The translations under genes were made by a program, and so were the position numbers. The notes beneath the pieces were generated by a model. That model was not told where the DNA came from, did no database searches, and worked only from the letters and a program-made list of their open reading frames with translations. From NCBI GenBank assembly GCA_027334715.1, contig DAHWUG010000001.1:15324-79323 (forward strand): a stretch of 64,000 nucleotides of DNA, read 5' to 3'. This stretch comes from Nanobdellota archaeon. GTDB lineage: Archaea; Nanobdellota; Nanobdellia; Pacearchaeales; GW2011-AR1. This document shows positions 18,075-28,526 of this stretch, piece by piece. Numbering within the stretch: the first letter of the stretch is position 1; each line of letters opens with the position of its first letter.

Positions 18075-19097
18075 TTGGTGGTTATGGCCACAAAATCAGG
18101 AGAAACTGATATAATAAAAGATGCTGTTTCTGGGGAGAATAAAGAGGCCAAGCTTACGGATTTACCAGGCGTTGGGCCTGCTGTTGCTGCAAAACTTGAA
18201 TCTGCAGGCATTTATGACCTAATGTCAATAGCTGTAATGACTCCTACAGATCTTTCAGAGATTTCCGGAGTAAGCCCCGCTGTTGCCCGTAAAATCATCC
18301 AGGCTGCAAGAAAAATGCTTGACTTAGGATTTGTTGAAGGGACAGAATATGCAAAAAAAAGGGAGAATATAAGCTATATAAGTACAGGAAGCAAAAGCTT
18401 TGATGAACTTTTAGGAGGAAGAGGAATTGAATCAAGAGCAATAACAGAGGCATTTGGTGCTTTTGGCTCAGGAAAGACCCAGGTTGGATCAACTATCAGC
18501 GTCAATGTTCAATTGCCTGTTGAAAATGGAGGAGCAAACGGAAAATGCGTGTTCATAGATACAGAAGGAACATTCAGGCCTTCAAGAATAAAGCAGATTG
18601 CGGAAAAAAGAGGATTGAATCCCGAACAAGTTTTAAAGAACATTTTTGTTGCACGTGCATTTAATTCAGACCATCAGATTCTTTTATTGGACAAAATCTC
18701 AGAAATGATAAAGGCAGGAGAGCCAATAAAACTGCTTATTGTAGACTCTTTGACAGCCCATTTTCGCGCTGAATTTACAGGAAGAGGACAACTAGCAGAC
18801 AGGCAGCAGAAACTTAACAGATACATTCACAATTTGATGAAGCTTGCAGAGACTTACAATCTTGCAGTTTATGTAACAAACCAGGTCATGGCAAATCCCG
18901 CACAAATGTTTGGAGATCCAACAACCGCTATCGGAGGGCATATTGTGGGCCATGCTTCAACTTACCGGGTTTATCTGAGAAGAGGAAAAAAAGATTCAAG
19001 GGTTGCAAAACTTATTGATTCACCAAATCTTCCCGACAATGAATGCATTTTCTTTGTGAGCGATGCAGGTATTGTTGACGGGAAAACAGAAGAATAA
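18075..19097 (+). CDS. radA: RadA recombinase
   Basis: N-terminal HhH ([15 protein letters not shown]), Walker [10 protein letters not shown]; the likely true start is the ATG at 18084 (MATKSG). Confidence 0.9.
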   Translation: MVVMATKSGETDIIKDAVSGENKEAKLTDLPGVGPAVAAKLESAGIYDLMSIAVMTPTDLSEISGVSPAVARKIIQAARKMLDLGFVEGTEYAKKRENISYISTGSKSFDELLGGRGIESRAITEAFGAFGSGKTQVGSTISVNVQLPVENGGANGKCVFIDTEGTFRPSRIKQIAEKRGLNPEQVLKNIFVARAFNSDHQILLLDKISEMIKAGEPIKLLIVDSLTAHFRAEFTGRGQLADRQQKLNRYIHNLMKLAETYNLAVYVTNQVMANPAQMFGDPTTAIGGHIVGHASTYRVYLRRGKKDSRVAKLIDSPNLPDNECIFFVSDAGIVDGKTEE

Positions 19098-19101
19098 AAA
19101 A

Positions 19102-19410
19102 ATGATAGATGATAAATTACCTTTGGAAGAAATAAGTGCCCAACATTTTTTTGAATTCAGAAAGAAATTTTTAGACCTGGAAATTTTAGGTAATGAAGCA
19201 TTAATCCAAATAAAATCCCAGTTTGATTTGGATCCAATAACAACTAAGACAGTTAGAACTAACTGTGATGAGATGCATGCTCACAGTTATTCTTGCCTTG
19301 ACTTTGACAATAGAATTTCTGCTGTTGTATTAAGGTTGATTGATGAAATTGAGATGTATCGAGAAAGATTAGATGAAATAAGGAAGAAAGCTGATTATTC
19401 TAGTTACTAA
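19102..19410 (+). CDS. hypothetical protein (start trimmed to the ATG after the radA stop)
   Basis: MIDDKLPLEEISAQHFFEF...; helical. Confidence 0.35.
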   Translation: MIDDKLPLEEISAQHFFEFRKKFLDLEILGNEALIQIKSQFDLDPITTKTVRTNCDEMHAHSYSCLDFDNRISAVVLRLIDEIEMYRERLDEIRKKADYSSY

Positions 19411-19415
19411 AATAT

Positions 19416-19724
19416 TTATTTTTTACTGACCTTTTCTTCCTTGAAAGCATATTTTGCAATCAGAAAAATTACAAATGCAATTATAATGAAATTAATTATT
19501 GCACCAAGCAATGCTCCCCAGCCGATTACTATTGTTCCGAGCCTTAATGTTGCTGTTTGCCATGTTCCTCCCGGAATAAAGAAAGTTATTATTGGCATGA
19601 CTAAATTAGCTACTAATGAATTGACCAATGCTACAGTAGCCAGTCCCATAACTATCCCAACAGCTATTCCCATAACTTTGTATTCTTCAAGAAATTCCTT
19701 GAATTCCTTAAGTATCTTTATCAT
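19416..19724 (-). CDS. mscL: large-conductance mechanosensitive channel
   Basis: 102 aa; MIKILKEFKEFL...GIAVGIVMGLA...IINFIIIAFVIFLIAK fits the MscL family. Confidence 0.8.
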   Translation of the reverse strand: MIKILKEFKEFLEEYKVMGIAVGIVMGLATVALVNSLVANLVMPIITFFIPGGTWQTATLRLGTIVIGWGALLGAIINFIIIAFVIFLIAKYAFKEEKVSKK

Positions 19725-20145
19725 AACTTATCTAAGAATTTCATCTTTATAAAATTTTATAAACTGGTTTTTTTATGCTACTTTAACAAATACTTTGTAT
19801 AAGAATATCCTTTATTTTGTTACTGGTGATTTGAAAACAACTGCAATTGCGGGGTTTGAAGAATCAGGACTGATCTTGATTTCAAGGATTGCCTTAATTG
19901 CCCCTGCATTTACTGGGTTTGCTTACCTCATTACTGGAAACTCTAAATGAATCGTCCAGGAAATTGCAGACCATGCCAAATTCGTTTTGATTGGAACAAT
20001 TGTATCATGGATGCCTTACATAATTTTTATAACTTATTTTACACCAAAAATAGGTGTAAACAAAGCCATTTTAAATTATTGCCTATTTTTGGTTGTTGCT
20101 GCAGCATTCTCTTACATTTACTTTAAGATATAAAATCAATTGAAA

Positions 20146-20217
20146 CGCCCCCACGAAGATTCGAACTCCGATTGCCTCGACCGCAACGAGGTGTTCTATC
20201 CGTTGAACTATAGGGGC
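20146..20217 (-). tRNA. tRNA-Arg (anticodon GCG)
   Basis: Cloverleaf folds: acceptor GCCCCTA/TGGGGGC, D stem GTTC/GAAC, anticodon loop TTGCGGT, T loop TTCGAAT. Confidence 0.7.
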
Positions 20218-20334
20218 CTTGGAAACTATATTTATTAACTAAAATACCTGATTATAAAATTATTGCTATTTCCAGGGAAATTTTAACCATTGCTTTATAT
20301 AAATTATTAAAAACTCCCAACTGCTTTCCTAAAA

Positions 20335-21558
20335 ATGGAAATAATTGCTGATTTGCAGATTCATTCAAAATATGCAAGAGCTACAAGCAAGGATATTACT
20401 CTAGAAAATCTTGAGAAATATGCACGAATGAAAGGCCTGAACCTGCTTGGTGTCGGGGATTTTCAGCATCCTTTAAGAAGAAAAGAGATTGATGAAAAGC
20501 TTACAGAAGATGACAAGGGAATTTTGAGAACTGCTAGCGGCTTCCCCTTTCTTTGGCAGACAGAAGTTAGTCTTATGTATAAACAAAATGATAAAAGAAG
20601 GGCAATTCATCTGCTTATTTTCGCGCCTAACCGAAAAACTGCAGATGAGATAACTGCATTTTTGGGAAGCAAAGGCCGTTTGGATTATGACGGAAGGCCA
20701 ATATTTGGGATGACTGCAAGGGACCTTGTTTTTGAAATGAAAAAAATAAATGACAAGATTGAAATAATTCCCGCACACTGCATGACTCCTTGGTTCGGAT
20801 TGTTTGGCAGCAAGAGCGGATTTGACAGCCTGAAAGAATGCTTTTTGGACCAGACAGACAAAGTTTACGCAATTGAATCAGGAATGAGTGCTGACCCTGC
20901 TATGCTATGGAGATTTGATGAAGTTTCAAAAGGAATAAATGTTGTAAGTTTTTCCGATGCACATAGTTTCTGGCCATGGAGAATTGGAAGAGAAGCAACC
21001 ATATTTGACATTCCTGAACTGTCATATGACAATATAATGAAAGCAATAAGGACTGGAGAAGGACTAAAAGCAACAATTGAAACGCCCCCTGAATATGGGA
21101 AATATCACTGGGACGGTCACAGGCTCTGCAATTTTTCATGCTCTCCTGAGGAAACCAAGAAACTTAACGGAATTTGTCCTGTGTGCAAAAAGCCGTTGAT
21201 TATTGGAGTTGACAACAGGGTCGAAGAAGTTGCTAAGTTTCCTGCAGGACACAGGGGGAAAAGCTCAAAACCATTTTATAAACTGCTCCCTTTGCATGAG
21301 GTTATTGTCCTTTGGAATGACTCAAGGCTTGAAAGCCCGAAAACGTGGGTTGCTTACAATGAACTTATAAAAAAATTCGGGAATGAGCTTAACATTTTGC
21401 TTAGAGTTTCCAAAGAAAGCCTTCTGGGGAAAAATGTTGATACAAAACTAGTTGAATTAATTTTGCTGAATAGGGAAGCAAAAATAAAAGTTGCTCCAGG
21501 TTATGATGGGGAATACGGAAAGGCTTTGATTGAAGAGAAACAAGAAACTTTAATTTAA
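20335..21558 (+). CDS. PHP-domain nuclease resembling archaeal endonuclease Q
   Basis: MEIIADLQIHSKYARATS (metal-binding DxHxHS), C-terminal zinc ribbon CNFSC...CPVCKKP. Confidence 0.6.
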   Translation: MEIIADLQIHSKYARATSKDITLENLEKYARMKGLNLLGVGDFQHPLRRKEIDEKLTEDDKGILRTASGFPFLWQTEVSLMYKQNDKRRAIHLLIFAPNRKTADEITAFLGSKGRLDYDGRPIFGMTARDLVFEMKKINDKIEIIPAHCMTPWFGLFGSKSGFDSLKECFLDQTDKVYAIESGMSADPAMLWRFDEVSKGINVVSFSDAHSFWPWRIGREATIFDIPELSYDNIMKAIRTGEGLKATIETPPEYGKYHWDGHRLCNFSCSPEETKKLNGICPVCKKPLIIGVDNRVEEVAKFPAGHRGKSSKPFYKLLPLHEVIVLWNDSRLESPKTWVAYNELIKKFGNELNILLRVSKESLLGKNVDTKLVELILLNREAKIKVAPGYDGEYGKALIEEKQETLI

Positions 21559-21586
21559 GAAATATTTTAACGCCCAAAACTCAACA

Positions 21587-22009
21587 TTAACTCTTAAATG
21601 ATTTACGATTTTTTATTTTAAACCCTTCACTGATGAGAAATTTTTCTAAATCGCAAGTTTTTTTAATGGCACTTCTGCCCCCAGATTTTACAATTTTTAC
21701 TACAACAGTATAATCTACTCTCTTTTTCCCATCTTTACTTTCTGACATCGGTCCCCCATTTATTTCAAATTTATACTGGCAATTTTCATCAGAGCCGAGT
21801 CCTATCTTTTCATTGATATCTAAATGAGAATCATATCTAACCATTCTTTCATCTAATGCAAAATTTTCAAAGCATATTTCTCTTAATTGTCTATCTTTTG
21901 TACCCAGAGTTTGGTATGGAACCCAATCAGGACTTCCATGATGAGAATCATCAACATACTCTGTTTTTGATGAAAAATCTCTAAAATATTTTAATTTAAC
22001 TATTCCCAT
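21587..22009 (-). CDS. hypothetical protein
   Basis: 140 aa, no recognisable motif. Confidence 0.4.
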   Translation of the reverse strand: MGIVKLKYFRDFSSKTEYVDDSHHGSPDWVPYQTLGTKDRQLREICFENFALDERMVRYDSHLDINEKIGLGSDENCQYKFEINGGPMSESKDGKKRVDYTVVVKIVKSGGRSAIKKTCDLEKFLISEGFKIKNRKSFKS

Positions 22010-22039
22010 AAAATCATTTGAAAAAAATTGTTTATAATA

Positions 22040-22174
22040 TTAATTATTCCCAAATATATGCTTTTCTTTTACTTTAACAAATTTATAATGCGCATCAAAT
22101 GTCTTGTTTTTGCATTTGTCGCAAACATCTTTTAAAGTGTAAGAATTGCAGGTTTTACACTTTTTAAGTTTCAT
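22040..22174 (-). CDS. nop10: H/ACA ribonucleoprotein Nop10 (44 aa, below the ORF-track cutoff)
   Basis: MKLKKCKTCNSYTLKDVCDKCKNKTFDAHYKFVKVKEKHIFGNN: CxxC..CxxC zinc ribbon plus the AH motif; classic neighbour of aIF2-alpha. Confidence 0.7.
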   Translation of the reverse strand: MKLKKCKTCNSYTLKDVCDKCKNKTFDAHYKFVKVKEKHIFGNN

Positions 22175-22187
22175 TTTAGATGGCTAA

Positions 22188-22619
22188 TCAGGCAGCTATG
22201 TGAATAAGGTACTCCTTAAGTCTTGGATGGAATGATGTAGAGAAAAGATCTTCCAGTTCATTTGCCTTTACCCATTTAAGCTCTTTAATCTTCTCGCCTG
22301 CTTTTGGCTTTCCCTTTATTGCCTCGCATAAAAAGTAGATAGCAAGAAAATTCCTTTTTTCCTCATAGGTCTTTGAAAATACAGCCCCAAGATTTTTGAC
22401 TTCCAAGCCCGTTTGTGCCCGAATCCTGTCCTTTAGAGCTTTGTTTATTTCCCCATCTGCAGTAAGCCTCCCTCCCGGAAAAACCCATTTTAAGCCGGGT
22501 ATATATGGATCATTTTCCCTTTTACCCACAAGTATTTTTCTTTCCTTAGGATCAAATATTATTCCTAGAACAATAACCTGAAAATTATTTATTTCCTTTT
22601 CTTTTTTCATATTCTTCAA
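22188..22619 (-). CDS. NUDIX hydrolase
   Basis: Nudix-box-like GGRLTADGEINKALKDRIRAQTGLEV. Confidence 0.65.
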   Translation of the reverse strand: MKNMKKEKEINNFQVIVLGIIFDPKERKILVGKRENDPYIPGLKWVFPGGRLTADGEINKALKDRIRAQTGLEVKNLGAVFSKTYEEKRNFLAIYFLCEAIKGKPKAGEKIKELKWVKANELEDLFSTSFHPRLKEYLIHIAA

Positions 22620-22697
22620 AAAAAATTTATCTTTTTAAGGTTTGTGGATCATTGTTCAATTGCACACAAGTGTGAAATTAAAATAAATAGTAGTTAT

Positions 22698-23405
22698 TTA
22701 CTTCTTTGTAATACTAAAAAATATATCTTTTGACTTACTCTTTTTTTCAATTGTTTCAAGAATTTCCCTTAGTTTTTGGTCAGCTTCCTTTATGTCGTGG
22801 TCTTCTCTTTTTAAGGAATACTTTCCAGCAGAAAGGTACTTTATTTCCGTGCCTTCTATTTTTCCCAAAATTTCTTTTATGATTTCAACACCTTTAGGCG
22901 CCGTGCTTCTAAGAATTATCTCTTTTTTTACAACACCCTTTTTCTGCTTTTGCTGGGAGTTTATTATTTCAAGTATTTTTCTTGCATCTTCAGAACCAAC
23001 CAATTTCTCAAGCTCTTTTGGATTTGTTTTTGCTTCCTGAAGAAAATCAAAAACTTTTTCCTTTTTTGTTATTTCATCCAGAACATTATCTGCCCTGTTT
23101 CCTATCGCACTTCTTATTATGCTTTCATAACTTTTTTCAAGCTTGTCTTTTTCCCTTAATTCTTTTTGCTCTTTCTGCGAAACACGCCTCAATGAAAGGT
23201 CAATTCTGTCGCCAGAAATCCTGAGAATCTTACATACAATCTTTTTTTTAGGAACAACATAATCTCTTATGTTTCTTATTCTTCCAGGAGCAATCTCGCT
23301 GAAAACTATAGAACCTTCACCGTTGTCTTCTATTGTGACAAAAACAGTAGTGCCGACTATCCTGTCTACTGTGCAAAGTACAGTATCTCCAACTTCCAAT
23401 GCCAT
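22698..23405 (-). CDS. eif2a: translation initiation factor 2 alpha subunit
   Basis: N-terminal S1 domain (GDTVLCTVDRIVGTTVFV), helical domain and C-terminal domain. Confidence 0.8.
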   Translation of the reverse strand: MALEVGDTVLCTVDRIVGTTVFVTIEDNGEGSIVFSEIAPGRIRNIRDYVVPKKKIVCKILRISGDRIDLSLRRVSQKEQKELREKDKLEKSYESIIRSAIGNRADNVLDEITKKEKVFDFLQEAKTNPKELEKLVGSEDARKILEIINSQQKQKKGVVKKEIILRSTAPKGVEIIKEILGKIEGTEIKYLSAGKYSLKREDHDIKEADQKLREILETIEKKSKSKDIFFSITKK

Positions 23406-23446
23406 GATTTATGTAAAAATAAGGGAGTTTTAAAGGTTATGTAAAA

Positions 23447-24016
23447 TTATAATCTTCTTAACTTTTTCATTACTTTTCTTACTTCATCTAAATTTGAACC
23501 ATCATACCTTATGACCTGAGGGTGAGTAAAGTTAGCATTAGACTTGTTTGCTGGCATTATTACCCTTGCTCTGCCCCTCCAGGTAAGCCATCTTTCAATG
23601 TATTTTGGGAAATCATCAACTAAAACTCTTCCATATACTAATCCTTTATCTCTGGTAATTGTCAAATCAACGTTCTGTCCAAGATTTTTGTCAATCCATT
23701 TCTTCTTGCCTGACCAAGCATATGGATTGCTTCTAGGACCCTGTGTTAATATCATAATTTTATAACCTAACTCTCTTGCAATTTCAAGTACATCCCATCC
23801 CAACTGGAATTTAGGTAAGCTTTCCCACCATTCTTCAGATCTTCTTATCATATCTGCCCTTTTTCTTATATATCCTGGTGCATCATCTGTTACAGGCATA
23901 TCCCAAACAGGTTCACCCGTAGATCTTAGTTCTTCTAATTTTCTTAATAATGCTTCATCATAACCGCATAAAGTTCCATCCATATCAAAAAGTGCGATAT
24001 CTTCTACTCTTGGCAT
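23447..24016 (-). CDS. HAD-superfamily 5'(3')-deoxyribonucleotidase-like protein
   Basis: DMDGTL motif I at the N-terminus; about 190 aa NT5C-like. Confidence 0.6.
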   Translation of the reverse strand: MPRVEDIALFDMDGTLCGYDEALLRKLEELRSTGEPVWDMPVTDDAPGYIRKRADMIRRSEEWWESLPKFQLGWDVLEIARELGYKIMILTQGPRSNPYAWSGKKKWIDKNLGQNVDLTITRDKGLVYGRVLVDDFPKYIERWLTWRGRARVIMPANKSNANFTHPQVIRYDGSNLDEVRKVMKKLRRL

Positions 24017-24066
24017 AAAAGAAGCATAAAATTATATTTTTTAATTATAATGGTGTTGCAGAACAA

Positions 24067-25440
24067 TTAAATCTTAACCAATTCTATCTCGCAACTTTCC
24101 TTTAAGGCGTTTATGAATTCTGATTCTTTGCTTTGGCTTACAATGCAACCAGCTGCAAACTCATGCCCTCCGACTTCACCACCAGTTTTCTTAATGATTG
24201 TATCAAGAATTTCCCGGACATTTCTTCCCTTTCTCCCAACACCACGCGCAGAGACCTTTATCTTGTCCTCGTAATAAGCCATTGTTACAATCACTGTTCC
24301 CTCTTCATACAGGGAGGAATTGGAAAGTATACTTGCTATTGTCCCAATGATTGTGTCTTTTACACTGTCTCTTGCATTTATTATCAAAAATCCCTTTCCC
24401 TGTATTTTCTCAACTTTACCAGAGGGATTCTTAACAAAATCAAGCCCAGCGATTAAGTGTTGCTTGTATTTTGCATGTATTGCTTCTGCTTTTTTTCTTG
24501 CTCCTGGAACTTCCATGCAAAACTGGAGAGCAATTTCTGGCTCGTCAAGCCTTGAGCATGCATTTATCATTGCACTTAATTCTCTTGCGTCTTCTAGCTT
24601 GTTGAAAAATTTTAACAGAAAAATATCTCCCACAAGCTCTTTGTTTTTTGTATTTGGATTTCTTAGCATTATTGAAGTAACAAGCTTTTTCATTTCATCC
24701 TCATTTAAATCAATGAGACTTTTATATTTCCCATTAACGGGCTCGATTCCAGAATGGCGAAGCAATTCCTTTATGCCGTCAGGATTTCCTGTAATTCCAG
24801 GAATATATGGGTCTGAATTATATTCAAGAACCTTATTTACAGGGCGAGTGTAAGGATAAATTAGTAATCCGCGCCTCCTTTTTATTTCACCATCTTCAAG
24901 AATTCCGTTGTTGAGCTTGTCAATGTTTGCTTCCATCAAGTCGCCAATCATTCCAAGGACAGCGAGTTTTGCAAGCTCCCTGTTCTCATTGCCGATTTTT
25001 TTGCAAAAAAGATAAACAAGGCCGGATGAGCTTATATTCTCCTTTCCATAAAGAATAGGATTCACCATTGTTACATTTTCAGGAATTTCCTGCACAATTT
25101 CATGATGGTCTATGATGAAAACTTCCTTAATTCCAGCTTCTTTTATGTAATTGAGCATTCCCGATGCAAGGTCAAGAAAAATAACCGGCTTGTTTTTTTC
25201 CAAACCAAATACAAACTCCTTTTCAAGTCTTTTTAAAATTCTGACTGAAAATTTTCTGTCCATCCTTTTCATTGCCTGGACCATTATTGCTGCAGAAGAA
25301 ATACCATCCGTATCAAAGTGGCTTACAACAAGAACTTCCCTGTTTTTTGGAATTGCAAGAAGTTTTTCAACAGCATTATTCATGCTTTCATCAAATTCAT
25401 TATTACCCCTTTTTTCCATTTTAAAAATAAAATTTGCCAC
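24067..25440 (-). CDS. DHH-family phosphoesterase, archaeal RecJ/Cdc45-like (GAN-type)
   Basis: HFDTDG and IIDHHE motifs; 457 aa with a DHHA1-like C-terminus. Confidence 0.7.
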   Translation of the reverse strand: MANFIFKMEKRGNNEFDESMNNAVEKLLAIPKNREVLVVSHFDTDGISSAAIMVQAMKRMDRKFSVRILKRLEKEFVFGLEKNKPVIFLDLASGMLNYIKEAGIKEVFIIDHHEIVQEIPENVTMVNPILYGKENISSSGLVYLFCKKIGNENRELAKLAVLGMIGDLMEANIDKLNNGILEDGEIKRRRGLLIYPYTRPVNKVLEYNSDPYIPGITGNPDGIKELLRHSGIEPVNGKYKSLIDLNEDEMKKLVTSIMLRNPNTKNKELVGDIFLLKFFNKLEDARELSAMINACSRLDEPEIALQFCMEVPGARKKAEAIHAKYKQHLIAGLDFVKNPSGKVEKIQGKGFLIINARDSVKDTIIGTIASILSNSSLYEEGTVIVTMAYYEDKIKVSARGVGRKGRNVREILDTIIKKTGGEVGGHEFAAGCIVSQSKESEFINALKESCEIELVKI

Positions 25441-25443
25441 TAT

Positions 25444-25836
25444 TTAAGCAAAATTGTGATAATGTTCCTGCTTTCTAAGAAGGGAGAATATTCTTTCCCT
25501 TTCCCTCATTGCTCTTTTGTCTTGAGCATTCCTTTCCCTGTGTTTTGTAATCCTTTCCAGCTTTTCCCTTATATTCTTCACATCCGGCTGCTGGTAAATC
25601 TCCTTTTCCTTGAGAATTCTTGATATTTTTCCGTGCTCTTTAGGATGAATCCCTTCATGCCTTAAAGCCTCGCCTATTTTTTCAGCTGTCAGGCCTTTTT
25701 TCGCAAGTTCAACAATTTTTTCCCCATATTCTTTCTCTGTTAATTCCTTTTTTTCTTCCTTTCCTGTTTCAGGAGACTCATTTTTGACAGATTCAGATTC
25801 TTTTTTCTCAGATTTCTCTGCTTTTTCTTTTGGCAT
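25444..25836 (-). CDS. rps15: ribosomal protein S15 (S13e)
   Basis: GLTAEKIGEALR...KHRERNAQDKRAMRERERIFSLLRK matches the S15P family; Lys/Glu-rich N-terminal extension. Confidence 0.65.
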   Translation of the reverse strand: MPKEKAEKSEKKESESVKNESPETGKEEKKELTEKEYGEKIVELAKKGLTAEKIGEALRHEGIHPKEHGKISRILKEKEIYQQPDVKNIREKLERITKHRERNAQDKRAMRERERIFSLLRKQEHYHNFA

Positions 25837-25940
25837 CTGATTAGATGAAGAAGTTCGTTTTTAAAGTTTTTTGTATATTCAAAAGTAAAAATTGTGCATG
25901 AATGTAAAAGATATTTAAATACAAAAAACTTATCTGCCTT

Positions 25941-26735
25941 ATGGGTAAAACCATAGGCATTGTAAGCCTTAAAGGAGGTGTTGGCAAGACAACAATGGTT
26001 ACAGCACTTGCTGGGGCATTTTTCAGACTTGGAAAAAAAGTTCTTATCGTAGATGGTAATCTTTCAATGCCCAATTTGGGGCTTCACCTTAATATAATTG
26101 ATCCAAAAACGACAGTTCATGATGTTCTAAATAAGGAAGCAGGAGTAAAGGAAGCAATACACCCTTATCCTGGTTTTGACATCCTTCCCGCATCTTTGTT
26201 TACAAATGCAAAAGTAAACCCCTTTTTGCTAAAAAACAACTTAAGAGAGATAAAAAGAAAATATGATGTTATTGTTATTGACTCTTCGCCAGCTTTAAAT
26301 GATGAAACCCTTGCAGTGATGCTTGCATCTGATGAGATCTTTGTTGTTTCAACACCAGATCATCCGACCATGAGCACAAGTCTTAAAGCTGCAAAGATTG
26401 CAAAACAGAGGGGAACTCCTATTTCTGGAATAATACTTAACAAGGTTCATAAAAAAAAATTTGAGCTTCCATTAAAAACAATCGAAAATACTTTAGAAAT
26501 GCCCATACTTGCAGTCGTACCTTATGATACTAATGTGCTAAAATCTCTTTCTTTTATGGAACCATTCACAATTCATAATCCTTTTTCAGAGGGGAGCGAA
26601 GAAGTAATGAAATTTGCCGCAATGCTTGTAGGAGAGAAATATTCTGGAAGAAGTTTTATGAATTTTTTTAGGACAATTGTTCCTGCAAAACAAGATATAA
26701 ACAGGGAAATATTTTATGAAGGATTCTTTAAATAA
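25941..26735 (+). CDS. MinD/ParA-family P-loop ATPase
   Basis: deviant Walker A KGGVGKTT, Walker B VIVIDSSPA. Confidence 0.8.
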   Translation: MGKTIGIVSLKGGVGKTTMVTALAGAFFRLGKKVLIVDGNLSMPNLGLHLNIIDPKTTVHDVLNKEAGVKEAIHPYPGFDILPASLFTNAKVNPFLLKNNLREIKRKYDVIVIDSSPALNDETLAVMLASDEIFVVSTPDHPTMSTSLKAAKIAKQRGTPISGIILNKVHKKKFELPLKTIENTLEMPILAVVPYDTNVLKSLSFMEPFTIHNPFSEGSEEVMKFAAMLVGEKYSGRSFMNFFRTIVPAKQDINREIFYEGFFK

Positions 26736-26738
26736 AAA

Positions 26739-26811
26739 TAGCCCTGCCAGGATTCGAACCTGGGTCTAAGGCGCCAAAGGCCTTCATACTTGACCGCTAT
26801 ACTACAGGGCT
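26739..26811 (-). tRNA. tRNA-Gln (anticodon UUG)
   Basis: acceptor AGCCCTG/CAGGGCT, anticodon loop CTTTGGC, T loop TTCGAAT. Confidence 0.8.
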
Positions 26812-26946
26812 TTTTTTCCGAAAAAGGTTCAATCAGAGATTGAACAAAGATTTACTTTGTAAATCTTTCCACAAAGCTGTTAAAACTTGACCAGCTTATG
26901 GCTATAGCCAGAAAACAAAGCATTAATTTATAAGGGTTTTGATTAA

Positions 26947-27564
26947 TCAGTAAGAATCCTTGTAACGACCACGAGACTCAACTTTCTTAAGCTGTTGCAG
27001 AACTAATTTTGAGCTTTTTGATTCAGAGTATCCATGCAAAACAGAATCAAATAGTTCTTTCCAATACATGAAATGCCTTGCTTCCAGTGCTTGTTTTAGA
27101 AGATGAATGTCGACCGCCTTGTCTTCTGTTTTGTGGCTGTGGAATCCAAGGCCAAAATCAATAAAAAAAACTTCATTGTCTTTCAAAATCATGTTACTTG
27201 TTGTCAAATCCCCGTGAATTATATCTGCATCATGAAACTTTGCAATGTTTTCTCCAATCTTTTTGCAGATTTCTTTTTGTTTTCCAAGAAGAAAACTATC
27301 AAGGTTGTCTGAAAGTTTTTTTCCATTGATAAATTCCATTGTTATTTCTTTTGTTTTTTCATCAACTTTCTTAATTTTTGGTATGCTTGCAACTTTTCCT
27401 GCTTTTTCAATTAATTTTGCTTCAGATCTTGTTCTTAATTTTCTTATTTCCTCATCAATTTCAGGAAGCCTGTAAGATTTTTTTATTCTCTTTTTTATCA
27501 CCTCATTGTTATTAAGTAAAATAAGCGCTTCTGCACCCTGCTGAATAATTTTTTCATTTGCCAT
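26947..27564 (-). CDS. bud32: KEOPS Bud32-type atypical kinase (RIO-like)
   Basis: 205 aa; catalytic loop HGDLTTSNMIL, DFGLG. Confidence 0.75.
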   Translation of the reverse strand: MANEKIIQQGAEALILLNNNEVIKKRIKKSYRLPEIDEEIRKLRTRSEAKLIEKAGKVASIPKIKKVDEKTKEITMEFINGKKLSDNLDSFLLGKQKEICKKIGENIAKFHDADIIHGDLTTSNMILKDNEVFFIDFGLGFHSHKTEDKAVDIHLLKQALEARHFMYWKELFDSVLHGYSESKSSKLVLQQLKKVESRGRYKDSY

Positions 27565-27580
27565 TTTGTTTAGTTTTTAT

Positions 27581-27973
27581 CTAATGGTCCCATAAATAAA
27601 TTAGAAAAACAAGCGCAATAAGAAGCCCGAAATCTATCAGTAAGCAAAATTCACAGAGAGCTTTTATTACAAAAGCCTGAAGAATCAGAAAATACAAGGA
27701 GATTATGGAACCTACTATGACTGCTAAATGTATGATATTTCTAGTGTGCTTGCTTGGATTATTTATGTGAAACAAAGTCAGCAGAATCATAAAAGAGAAA
27801 ATAAAAACACCATACACTGAATTTTTTACACCAAATAATGAGCCATAAGCAGAGCCATTGATTATTGAACAGCCCTGACCTGGCTTGCATATTCCTGTAA
27901 GATTATCTGTTGTAAGAATTAATGAGCTTATTAGTCCGATAACAAAAATCAAGAGGAATATCTTGTATTTCAT
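27581..27973 (-). CDS. vitamin K epoxide reductase (VKOR)-family membrane thiol oxidoreductase
   Basis: loop Cys pair CKPGQGC and TM active site CEFC; 4-5 TM helices. Confidence 0.6.
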   Translation of the reverse strand: MKYKIFLLIFVIGLISSLILTTDNLTGICKPGQGCSIINGSAYGSLFGVKNSVYGVFIFSFMILLTLFHINNPSKHTRNIIHLAVIVGSIISLYFLILQAFVIKALCEFCLLIDFGLLIALVFLIYLWDH

Positions 27974-28526
27974 TTTATGAATTTTAAGATTTCAGGAAGT
28001 TCAGTTACTCCTGTATCTTCTGAGAAATGTCCTTTATCCTTTAAAATTATTACTCTTGCTCCTAAACTATTCTCAAAAATGCTTTTATTAGAGTTTACAA
28101 ATCCGTAAGGCTCATTACTTGATAAAAAAACAGTAAGGCTGTAAATTTTTTGCCTGATCTTACCGAAATCAATTGGTGTATTTATCCAAGGTTTTGCAAT
28201 ATCTTTTTCATCTTCTTCCAAATTATCAAGCTTAAACCACCCGGCTATAAAAATGCAGCTTACCTTTCCATTAAAATCTTCTTTTTCTAAATATCTCATT
28301 ATTGTCTGACAACCAATGCTGTGACCAATAAGTAAAGTCTTATTATCCAGTTTTCCAATGCTTTTTTCCAGGAAAGAAATCCAAGATTCTATTTTTGGTT
28401 CTTCAGGATTTGCCATTTTTGGCTGAATTACTTTATACCCTTTTTTTCCAATTTTTTTCTTAACCATTGATGCATAGGTTCATCTGGAGAACCACCCCAA
28501 CCATGAATAAGAATTGCTCTTTTCAT
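27970..28526 (-). CDS. alpha/beta hydrolase (RBBP9/YdeN-like serine hydrolase) with +1 frameshift in an A-run
   Basis: GHSIG nucleophile elbow; MKRAILIHGWGGSPDEPMHQW is encoded in another frame from the ATG at 28526 and shifts into the ORF-track frame within AAAAAAA near 28440-28456. Confidence 0.5.

Noticed and set aside
19790-20131. Two short hydrophobic reading frames, ...LKTTAIAGFEESGLILISRIALIAPAFTGFAYLITGNSK and MPYIIFITYFTPKIGVNKAILNYCLFLVVAAAFSYIYFKI, between mscL and tRNA-Arg
   Set aside because: No ATG for the first, only 40 aa for the second, and different frames; possibly a decayed membrane-protein gene but too fragmentary to call.
22396-25623. Plus-strand ORFs overlapping the NUDIX, eif2a, HAD, DHH and S15 genes (e.g. 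22396..22581, 22792..23224, 24133..24853, 25151..25623)
   Set aside because: All antisense to confident minus-strand genes; phenylalanine- and leucine-rich translations typical of reading AAR-rich coding DNA backwards.
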